Shown here: piece by piece, positions 37,186 to 48,095 of the stretch
Numbering within the stretch: the first letter of the stretch is position 1
Layout of the letters: every line of letters starts with the position of its first letter
Origin: Owenia fusiformis
Lineage: Eukaryota
DNA length: 64,000 nt
NCBI GenBank assembly: GCA_903813345.2
Contig: CAIIXF020000001.1
Span: forward strand, 46,748,001-46,812,000
Direction of reading: 5' to 3'
The notes under the pieces: generated by a model
Databases searched by the model: none
What the model saw: only the letters and a program-made list of their open reading frames with translations
What the model was told of the DNA's origin: nothing
Translations under genes and position numbers: made by a program

Positions 37186-37278
37186 TAGACTTCCACTAAC
37201 GCGACCATCAGTTCCGACCTCGCGAATTATGTTCCTTCCACCCAGGTCGGAACTGATGATCGCGTTTGTGGAAGTCTA
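37186..37278. mobile_element. 93-bp hairpin mini-MITE (TAG termini)
   Basis: TAGACTTCCACTAACGCGACCATCAGTTCCGACCT / AGGTCGGAACTGATGATCGCGTTTGTGGAAGTCTA, 35-bp arms with 2 mismatches. No TSD seen. Confidence 0.6.
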
Positions 37279-37605
37279 TATGAGGCACGTTGCAGTGTTC
37301 TATTTTCTAATTTCTTTCTTCAGGCTAATAATTTAGGCTAATTCTTTAGGCTAATGTCTTCCACTTTGTACAGGCGACTTGAGCCTCACTTTCAGGGTAA
37401 AAGCAAACGTGATATCAGATTTTAGATGATTAATCAAAATGTTCATTTAATAAAATTAGTCCTCTGGGATTTAGGTTATTGACTTATTGCAGGGCGGAGT
37501 TGTCTGCTCATTGTGTTAATATATATTAGCGAGTTATCAGCAACACTGTAAAAATCACAATAATATTGTTCAAGAAAAAAATGTTCAAAAACTATATAGC
37601 AGATT

Positions 37606-37917
37606 CACCTCATGCAGACAGATCGCCTTAAATTACATTCGTATGATGCGAGACTCGACATTCACCAGGAAAGGAGAAACATTTTGTAACCCATGAAGCA
37701 AATTAATTTTTACTGCTTTATAAATGGTCAATGACAGTCACATTGAGTTCTATAAGTATGAGAGAAGCATGACGTCTTGATATTTCAAAGTTTTGTTCGA
37801 AAAGTGATGGCGGTGATTGAAATTACGATGTAAAGATAAAACCGTATTGAAATCTTCGTAAATTTCTTTGAGAAATTCATACGAATGTAATTTTAGGCGA
37901 TCTGTCTGCATGGGGTG
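37606..37917. mobile_element. Transib-like MITE
   Basis: TIR CACC(T/C)CATGCAGACAGATCGCCT. 5-bp TSD AGATT at 37601-37605 and 37918-37922. Confidence 0.78.
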
Positions 37918-39458
37918 AGATTACCCTTTCCCATACGGCCATACATTTGATTTGAAAACTGGGCACTGGCCACTTCTTTAAGTACATTGATTTAGATTAT
38001 CTTAAAGAGAGCTCAATGGGTTTAACAGGAAATACTTTACATCAATGCTGTCACGCTATCATGGAAGAAAATGCTCTAATATTATTGTGTTTTAAATACC
38101 GACTTCAGACTTGAATAGAGACATAATTTTGAGGAGTCAACTTTGATCATTTGTAAAATTAAGACACAACTTGAACAAATCCAGCATATGAGGACAGTCA
38201 TCTACCTATTTCTATCAGGTTTATCACAGTAGATAAATGTTTATAACTTATGCACTGTAACTACATTATATTGGTAACATTATATCTTAAGGTTGACAAG
38301 ATAAATCAAGCTAAATAAACACTAGACATTCAATAACTTTTGATTAGAGGTGATAAATGATAGCCACCTGTTGCAGTTATACAGTGAAACCACTAATGAT
38401 GAAATAGATTCATAATTTGTAATTTTGAGACTAAATTCTCAAAAAGGTAAGCCAACTGGTTTCTCAAAATAAGCTTAATTTTCAAAAAAAGCGTGCCTAT
38501 TATCTTCCAAACATTTCAAAATTGTGGCCAACATTTTTTCTGACCAAGCTCTGTTGTTTTTCTAAATAAAATCTTTTTATAGGCTACCCACAATCTCCGG
38601 ATCAGCAACTGGAATATTGATAACTGAATGAACCTAGTCTATCTATATAAGCAGTAGCCCTGGACCCAGCAGCTCAGTACATTGTGGTCAATCATTCCTC
38701 AAAAAGGTCTTAATTCAACCTTTGCACAGCATCAAGTGTGAAGATTAGGAAATAACCCTGAGTGGAATGGATCAGCCATAATGCATCAAGGCTTTGGCAT
38801 AAATTCTTTTGACACATTGCAAAATACATTGTACAAAATCAACTAAAAAAATCACTAAAAGAACAATGAAACTTTTAGCAAGGGTCAAGTTGGCAAAAGC
38901 ATCAATTTCAATCCATAGAGTCAAGTTGGCACCTTGACAACCATTCAATGAATGACCTTGCTTGAGTTGTTTGTTATATAATGCAGTGCAGTTATATGAA
39001 ATACTGTGTTCAGATTGGCTGAAATCAGACACACCTTGCCTAGCTATGTGTGAATTAATAACAAGACCTATAGATCATATAAAATGAATTCACGTTCAAT
39101 CCAGTATTGGGCATCAAAAAGGACCTCAATTTATAGAAGAGATAGAGATTTATTAGATAAACTAGCCTTTGACACGTTTATTTGTTTGCTTCTTTATTCC
39201 AAAGAATACATTGTAGTTTACATTTTAGTCAAATTTGACACACCATTGCCGCTTAGTAAAGGTATCCACATGTACAGTACATCTCAGTAGCATATACTAA
39301 TTAAAATCAGTTACTCAGATTCTGATTACATATTTAGCACAATTTTTTCTCTTCAAATGTCCATGCTTACGAGCTTGAAATATATAGCACCTACTGTATA
39401 TTGACATATAACATAAGACTATGTATATCTAGTATATGCATTATCCATGCAAAGTAAA

Positions 39459-39835
39459 ACCAAGGCATTAACATGACAAAATGTCACCACCTGGTTGATC
39501 AAATCTGAAATCTAAAGTCAGATATGAACTTCTGAGAATTTGTGAATGCTTTTGAAAAATAAATTGGTCAATTTGAAGCACGTTGAAAAAGAAATTTTGA
39601 CCTTTTTGACCTTGAGAAGGTCATTGATGGTCAAATCTCAAATCTAAAGTCAGATTTGAACTTCTGAGAACTTGTAGATGATTTAGAAAAAATTGAAATC
39701 AGTCTTAACAACAGTCAGTATTTGTTAATTTATAAAAAGATGCAAGAATTTGTTACAGACGCCAACCACCAACCGTCGTTACAAAAAAGGGAGACAATAA
39801 CAATATGTCACCACTTTTTGGTGGTGACATAATAA
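39459..39835 (-). mobile_element. Helentron-associated (HINE-like) element; fragments near 3950, 25955 and 54231-54362
   Basis: Terminal hairpin ATGTCACCAC-6nt-GTGGTGACAT-AATAA. The other end, CAAGGCATTAACATG..AAATGTCAC, carries the same subterminal motif and recurs elsewhere in the window. Confidence 0.55.
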
Positions 39836-39904
39836 AAATTAACATCATATCACATGTGATACAAAACTACAACAACTATTAAACCAAAATGGCAAACTCA
39901 GCAG

Positions 39905-42900
39905 TTAAATAATAGGATTGACTTTTCTATTTCGAACTATTCTGGGATTGATGCCTTGTCTCATAGATTTCATGGCCATAGCACGATTGAAATGACGCTG
40001 TATTTTTGATGATTCGCCAAAATCTTCAAGGGTCGAATCAAGAGAGGTAAGAATTCCACAGAGCACTCCCATAACAAGAAAGAGAATGATGAACAGTGTA
40101 TAATAAGTGACTGTACTATCAGGATGGGCTTGCATTTCTCGTAAATGTGCCAACGCAGGCTGAAAACTTGGATTCAGTTTCAATGTGTGGGTGAAATGCA
40201 ACGTTGCTTCATGAAAATGTCCATATGCCTTGAGGATTTCTCCGAGGGTAAAATGTTGGAGCCACGGATTCTGTTCTGCCGCTTGGTTGTCCAGTGATTC
40301 TCTCGTTAAAAAGATAGCATCTTCAAGATAGTGCAGGTTGAATAATACGCGTCCAAGGTTAAGAAGAACATCTGGATTATTGGGTTTCAGAGAGAGAGCT
40401 TTTCTAAAACATTCTATTGACAGTTGGGTTTGTCCTTTTATCCTCCAAAAGTTACCAATCTTGTTCAGGATTTGTGGTGACAGAGGCTTCTGAAAGTACA
40501 AAATGATATTGGTGGTATAACAAACCTACAGCTAAATGTATAAATGTCAAAGGATTTAGAGACATATATATCAATCCATGAAAATTTGGGGAGTTGGGGG
40601 GGGGGGTTCACTTTTTGAGAAATTCCAAAGGGTTCACTTGTGACAATTTTGGTCTGAAAATGGCCAAAATCACTTAAAAAGTGCTAAGAATGGTGAAAAA
40701 CTGCATGATTTTGAAAGATCTTTTGGCCAGGGGGGGGGGGCTTGCTCGAACCCATCGAAGCCCCCTGGCTATGGGCCTCATATCGATATGACAGCTTCAT
40801 TTTTGTGAACTTTATTATACATTCATATTGTGCAGAGTGATTAGATTAAATATGGGACTCACCTCCTTCAGTGCCTTCTTCAGCTTGGATTCCAAGTAAT
40901 TCATGTCAACTTCAGAATTTTTACTACCCTTTTTTCGAAATATCATGGCTACCTCCGGTTCAGGCATTAACGGATGTGAATCTCTACTGGCTATCCCTCT
41001 AAGGTGATCATACTTTGTAAAATTCACTGATTTTCCACAGTTTAGGGTGTGGTCAACACTGCTTAGTGAGGTTGTACTATGGACAGTGGATTCTGCAGAT
41101 ACACTGGATGATGATATTTTTGGCTCTTGATCAGTTTTTTTAATGGATCTGAAAAAATGAGAAGTAATTTACGTATAATGACATTGAAGTACATGTATTT
41201 ATTCAACCTATTTGTAATTTATATTTTCATCTAAACTGTGTAGCTGCATTATTTTGTGAAGGTCGACCTTTTCAGATGTCTGCTGGTTGTAGAAATGAAC
41301 CATTTGGTATTCATTTTGAGACTTATTAGCCTGGACATATGCCATAGCCAAGGGGTAGTTCAGTTTAAAAAAACAACCAAATGGGGGTTCAAATGTGATC
41401 CAAATCACTTGAAAAGTACTCAATATGGTGAAAAATTGCATGATTTTAAAGAATTTTTGGCGGAGGCCGGGAGGGGTTCGCTGAAACTCACCAACCCCCT
41501 GGTTTAGTGAGTCTCTAGCCAATAACTTGGCTAGAAATCATGGCATGTGGATCACCGTGTACTAATGGAAAATAAGATAAGAATTAAATTATATGTTGTT
41601 TTTTTTAAAATCATTATGAGAATAGTCCATCAATTGAAATTGAAACGAACACTGTCCTTTGTGAGATATTGCATTCTTTCATCCAGCTTTTGTCTAAAAT
41701 CAAAATCACAGAGTCTGTCATTTTCTAAAACAGTTCTGAAATGAATGTCAGACATTGATTATAACTGGTTGTAAATTCAAATAGCAATCCAAAAGATGTG
41801 AACTAGTATTGATCACTTCTTGCTTGACATTTTGAAATTTTTTATTTAAGTAATATCTCGCGTAAGTGAAAAAATGGTGGCTGAATTTTGTAATCACGAC
41901 ATCATGACTCCATGATGGCAGAATATTGCAGTATTAAATTGCAGCCGGTGATGAAAATGCTCTAAACTGTCTCTTAAAAAATAAATAAATAACAACCGAT
42001 GTAGACAGATATATGCACTACATATGAAGATCAATGAAAATATGTCTACTTTATTTAAGTTCATAAAAAGCAACTGTTCGTAAGACTATAAGAGGTAGTG
42101 TAAAGAATAATAACTAGATTTTGGAAATTGAACGAAGTTCAATTTCAGACTCCAGATCTAGACTTTTTTTAGCCGAGTCATCCAGAATAAGCCGTGTCAT
42201 CCAGAATAAGCTGAGTCATCTAGAAAGAGATGGATAAATAAAATAGGAAGGTAGGATAGGATAGAATAGGAAAGAATGATAGGATAGAATAAGAAAGAAG
42301 GATAGGATAGAATAGAATAGGAAGAAAAGATAGGATAGGATAGGAAGGATAGGAAGGAAAAGATATGAAGAAAGGATAGAAAGGAAGGATAGGATAAGAT
42401 CAGATAGGAAGGATGGATGAATTTTTCAACATTTTCTTCTCTACTCTTGACTTTCTATCAGGATACCATCAGATCGATTTTCCGAAATTTCAAAACGCCA
42501 TAACTTCCGAGCCGGGAGTCGGATCGAAATTCGATTGAAAAATTCGGATTCCTGACAAAATTCTACCCCTAATTCATAACTCATACGTTAAATTTGGAGA
42601 TTTTTTATTTTGACCTACTTTTCGGACACGCCATAACTTCCGAACCGGTAGTGGGATCGAAATTTGGTTTGCAGACTCGGATTCCTGACAGAATTCTACC
42701 CTTAAGTCATAACTCATATATTAAATTTGGAGAACTTTTTATTTTGACCTACTTTTTCGGACACCATATCTCAAAAGTGGGTCAAAATACTTTCTGACGG
42801 CAAAATGCTAACACTATTAGCATATTCTTGGCAACATGTATACACAATTTCGAAGAATATAATTAGAGTGTAGTGTCAGAATCGAAAAAATATGGAAAAC

Positions 42901-45900
42901 CTATGAATTTGACCTAGATTTTGACCTAGGCATTTCGGTGTCCAAATTTTAAAGCTAGATGGCTTTTGAGGTCCCCTTCTTTTAAAGGCTTTGATTATAT
43001 GGAGCTGAACTCAGTCTTTATTCCGTATTTTTTACTTCAAAAAAATATTTTTTCCCATTGACTTAACATGGGCACCAAATTTAGCGATTTTTGAGTTTTC
43101 AAAACGCCATAACTTCCGAACCGGAAGTCGGATCGAAATTTCGTTTTCAGATTCGGAATCCTGAGAAAATTCCCTATAAGATTAATATCCTGGACATTTG
43201 ATTCGGAGAACTTTTTTTTGGACCTCGTTTTCGGACACTGATATCTCGAAATCTGTTTGAGATATCGAAAAACTAAATCGACCGTAGGTTTCCTACTTTT
43301 TTATAAGGAACACAATGAAAAAAACCCGGATCGAAAATATTGAAGGACGACCGAGAAAATCGAAAAAAGTGACAAAGTACTGGATTTGACCTAGTTCTTG
43401 ACCTTTGACCTAGATAAAAATTTGACCCAATTTCCGAGGAACTAGATTCTGGACCTAAATTGACCAAATGACTGACTTTACTGAAAACCTTATGGTTATT
43501 GAGAAAACTGGTTTAGAATAATAAGAATAAGAATAAGAATAAGAATAAGAAAACTGACGAAAACAATAGACTCCAGATTTCATCTGGAGTCTAATAAAAA
43601 GAATAACTAGATTTTGGAAATTGAACGAAGTTCAATTTCAGACTCCAGATCTAGACTTTTTTTAGCCGAGTCATCCAGAATAAGCCGAGTCATCCAGAAT
43701 AAGCTGAGTCATCTAGAAAGAGATGGATAAATAAAAAAGGAAGGTAGGATAGGATAGAATGGGAAAGAACGATAGGATAGAATAAGAAAGAAGGATAGGA
43801 TTTGATAGAATAGAATAGGAAGAAAGGATAGGATAGGAAGGATAGGAAGGAAAAGATATGAAGAAAGGATAGATAGGAAGGATAGGATAGGATGAGATAG
43901 GAAGGATGGATGAATTTTTCAATATTTTCTTCTCTACTCTTGACTTTCTATCAGGATACCATCAGATCGATTTTTCTCGAAATTTCAAAACGCTATAACT
44001 TGGTTTGCAGATTCGGATTCCTGACAAAATTCTACCCCTAATTCATAACACATACGTTAAATTTGGAGATTTTTTATTTTGACCTACTTTTCGGACACGC
44101 CATAACTTCCGAACCGGAAGTCGGATCGAAATTTGGTTTGCAGATCCGGATTCCTGACCGAATTCTACCCCTAATTCATAACTCATACGTTAAATTTGGA
44201 GATTTTTTATTTTGACCTACTTTTCGGAGACGCCATAACTTCCGAACCGGTAGTTGGATCGAAATTTGGTTTGCAGTTCCGGATTCCTGACAAAATTCTA
44301 CCCCTAATTCATAACTCATACGTTAAATTTGGAGATTTTTTATTTTGACCTACTTTTCGGACATGCCATAACTTCCGAACCGGATATCGGGTCGAAATTT
44401 GGTTTGCAGATCCGGATTCCTGACAAAATTCTACCCCTAATTCATAACTCATACGTTAAATTTGGCGAATTTTTATTTTGACCTACTTTTCGGACACGCC
44501 ATAACTTCGGAACCGGAAGTCGAATTGAAATTTCTTTTGCAGATTCGGATTTCTGAGAAGATTCTTTTCTTAATTCATAACTCAAACGTTAAATTTGGAG
44601 AACTTTTTATTTTGACCTACTTTTCGGACACCATATCTCAAAAGTGGGTCAAAATACTTTCTGACGGCAAAAGGCTAACACTATTAGCGTACTCTTGGCT
44701 ACATGTATACAAAATTTCGAAGAATATAATTAATCTGTAGTGTCAGAATCGCAAAAATAAGGAAAAACTTTGAATTTGACCTAGATTTTGACCTAGGCAT
44801 TTTGGTGTCCAAATTTTGAAGCTAGATGGCTTTTGAGGTCCCATTCTTTTAGATGCTTTCATTATATTTAGCTAAACTCAGTCTATATTTCATATTTTTT
44901 ACTTCAAAAAAATCTTTTTTCCCATTGACTTAACATGGGCACCAAATTTAGCGATTTTTGAGCTTTCAAAACGCCATAACTTCTGAACCGGAAGTCCGAT
45001 CTAACTTTGGTTTTCAGATTCGGAATCCTGAGAAAATTTCCTATATGACTAATATCCTGGACATTTGATTCGGAGAACTTTTTTTTGGACCTTGTTTTCG
45101 GACACTGATATCTCGAAATCGGTTTGAGATATCAAAAAACTAAATCGACCCTAGGTTTTCTACTTTTTTATAAGGAACACAATGAAAAAAACCCGGATCG
45201 AAAATATTGAAGGACGACCGAGAAAATCGAAAAAAGTGACAAAGTACTGGATTTGACCTAGTTCTTGACCTTTGACCTAGCTAAAAATTTGACCCAATTT
45301 CCGAGGAACTAGATTCTGGACCTAAATTGACCAAATGACTGACTTTACTGAAAACCTTATGGTTATTGAGAAAACTGGGTTTGAATAATAATAATAAGAA
45401 GAAGAAGAAGAAGAAGAATAAGAAAACTGACGAGAACAATAGACTCCAGATTTTCAATCTGGAGTCTAATAAAACACACAGGGCTTCATAGTCAGCATAA
45501 GGCCATAACATAGCAAAGGCCTTAGAATAAATTAACCTACCTGCCTGTATATACACTAAGGTTCAGCTGGAAAGTAACATTTTACCAAAAAAATCCTTTA
45601 CCTGCACATGTTATTTTCTGGTACAAAATTATGTATTTCCTTACTTTTTTCAGGAAAGTATCATTACATTGTCTACTTTTAGTAAACCTGGAAACAGGTC
45701 AATGGTAGCTACTGTGTTGTCTGGAAACTTTGAAAGAAAATTTCCGAAAATAGAAAGTGTGAAATATTAGAATTTCCTGGAGTTCCCATTGACCTCTTAC
45801 CAGATTTACTAAAAGAAGACAATGTAATGATACTTTCCTGAAAAAAGCAAGGAAATTAACACATGCCTTCATACTTTATACCAGAAAATCTGTGTACCAG

Positions 45901-47974
45901 AAAATAACATGTGCAGGTATAGCAATTTTTTACCAAAATGTTATTTTCTAGCTGTACCTTAATAATGGAAATGAATTTTCAACCCATCCCTATAATATGT
46001 GAGAACATGTACATTTTGAATTTCAAGAGTGACGAGACTGAATGTCTAGTTCTGGTACAATCTAGGGCAAAGGGGTGTAACGTCGACATGTGGGGTAATG
46101 TTAACATAAGAAATGGGGTAGCTTTGACACTTACGTACATATTAGAAGTTAGAATTCCATTTTCCGCCATTTTTAATTTCTGGAAAAATTTAAATCTCGC
46201 GAGATCTTGATCCATGCTAGAAAAAGATTGGAAATTAGAGCAAATAAACAACTAGAGTCCATTTCACTGTTTAACTTCGTCAGTAAAAGCTAAAAAATAA
46301 GAAATCAAAATATCATTTTGCAATAATATATAGAAAAATATATTCCTATTGTACATGAATGACATTTGTATATCTTGGATTGCTTCTAGTTTAGCTTATG
46401 AAGTGTGTGGCCTCTTATATTTGGATGCTTCTCTGCCATGTTATTTTCAATAAGATTAACATGGCTGAAATTCTTCAAATTACAAGACGGCACAGGCTTA
46501 TTGCACAAAAAACTAAAAAATCTGAAATATACAAATGTCATTCATGTACATTATGAATATACTTTTCCATATATTATTGCACAATGGTCTCCCAATTTCT
46601 TATTTTTGCCGTTCTACTGACGAAATGAAGCAGTGAAATGGACTCTAGGTGTCGAAGTTACCCCATATGTCGAAATACCCCAAATTGGTGTCTACGTTAT
46701 ACCCCTTCGCCCTATACATGTATACTGTGGTGTTTGCCTGGGATGGAAGGACTATGACCTGCTTCCCCTAATTTTCCATGTTTTGACCTGAGTGTCCTTA
46801 CTTTACATGTAGATACATGATTTGACACTTTTTCCATGTTTTGACCTGAGTGTCCTTACTTTACATGTAGATACATGATTTGACACTTTTGACAGATGAT
46901 TCCACATGCTATCTATTGCAAGACTTACACCTGCCACAACCGTCGCCATGTTAATCAGTGTTTTTAAGTAGCGCAAGGATCCTGCCATGACCGTGGTAGT
47001 GTTATTGTGTAAGCCTGGTATAACCGTGACAGGCTGGTATAACCGTGACAATGCTGTATTATATTGCAAGGCCTGTCATGACCCTGGAAGTGTTATTGTG
47101 GAAGCCTGGCGCGACCGTAGCCTTTATTGTGGTTTACAAGCGAATGTGAATATTAATGTATAGTAGTAATTTTGATTTTGATATAGTTAAACACCATGAT
47201 CATAGTATTAAACTGTTTAATTGTAATGACGATCACTTAAAATTGTTAAGGATATTCCTGGCATTAATGTCATACATATTTACTCGTCATTGCAATACAT
47301 TATACTGGTCATAGTAGGACTAAGCCTAAATTTCTACATTACCACCCTCATACCTGGCCTTGCAATACTATATTACATTGTCACGGTCATGCCAGGCCTT
47401 GCAGTACTATATTACATTGTCACGGTCATGCCAAGCCTTGCAGAACTATATTACATTGTCACGGTCATGGCAGGCATTGCAATATAATACAGCATTGTCG
47501 CGGTTATACCAGGCTTTCACGATAACATTACCACGGTCATGGCAGGATCCTTGCGCTACTTAAAAACACTGAATAACATGGTGACGGTTACGCCAGGCGT
47601 TAGTCTTGCAACAGATAGGGTCTCGATGATTCTCACCTTTTCTTGTTTACATGATCATATGTTTCTTCATCCGTGTTTATGTTCCGTTCTTTTCCTTCAC
47701 ATTGCATGCATTCATTATCTTCACCTTCTATTGTCCATTTTCCATGTATTATCTTTTTATTGGTGAGTATATCAAATATCCTATCATCTGAGTTATTCTC
47801 AGAATTTTGATGATCATCCAATTCTGAATCTGCCACCGTGCTCGTAACACTTTGCACTTTGCCTGCTTCGATATTCAATTTCCAATGAGTAGATGTTCTG
47901 GAATTAGTATTCAGAATATGCATGGACACAATGTATAGTGCCATGTAGGACATCGACGGCATATCGCACGTCAT
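39905..47974 (-). CDS. TTC17-like tetratricopeptide repeat protein with a C-terminal transmembrane helix, ~402 aa
   Basis: Exons 47974-47637, 41148-40863, 40489-39905 total 1209 nt in frame. TTC17-like motifs [30 protein letters not shown]...[52 protein letters not shown]. Exact start ATG uncertain. Confidence 0.8.
42114..43597 (-). mobile_element. Helentron/Helitron-type non-autonomous element, copy A
   Basis: On the minus strand: 5' TTATT with palindrome AGACTCCAGAT..ATCTGGAGTCT, a (TTATTC)n microsatellite, 133-bp internal repeats, a subterminal repeat, the 3' hairpin GAAATTGAAC-TTC-GTTCAATTTC and CTAG|TT. Confidence 0.75.
43607..45472 (-). mobile_element. Helentron/Helitron-type non-autonomous element, copy B (head-to-tail with copy A)
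   Basis: Same termini and body as copy A. The 133-bp internal repeat is expanded to ~5 units (44000-44630). Confidence 0.75.
45560..45958. mobile_element. Fold-back MITE, Kolobok-like
   Basis: CTAA|GGTTCAGCTGGAAA...TTTCTAGCTGTACC|TTAA with ~150-bp inverted arms. Confidence 0.65.
46253..46647. mobile_element. MITE with TAG termini
   Basis: TAGAGTCCATTTCACTG...TTCGTCAGTA / TACTGACGAA...CAGTGAAATGGACTCTA. No TSD seen. Confidence 0.65.
46772..46890. repeat. Two-copy tandem duplication (~59 bp)
   Basis: TTTTCCATGTTTTGACCTGAGTGTCCTTACTTTACATGTAGATACATGATTTGACACTT occurs twice. Confidence 0.85.
46903..47624. mobile_element. Non-autonomous DNA transposon (8-bp TSD), copy 2, uninterrupted
   Basis: TSD GATGATTC at 46895-46902 and 47625-47632. 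Near-identical to 19593-21336 minus its nested inserts and with fewer 39-bp repeats. Confidence 0.88.
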
Positions 47975-48095
47975 TGTCCAGTGTATAATGGTTAAAATGT
48001 CACAGAATTATTTCAACTTTGACAGATATCCAATATGGCGAACAGGAAGTAAAGAAGTAGGTCAAGGCCATCTGAACCTCGTTCTCAAAGTCAGA
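47975..48095. promoter_or_regulatory. Compact bidirectional promoter between the TTC17-like gene and NECAP
   Basis: 121 bp separate the divergent start codons. The interval contains ATGGCG (YY1-like) and ACAGGAAGT (ETS-like) at ~48035-48050. Confidence 0.55.

Noticed and set aside
41652..41735. Possible extra exon of the TTC17-like gene
   Set aside because: The acceptor and short open frame exist, but there is no good donor in a compatible phase. Exons 1 and 2 already join in phase.
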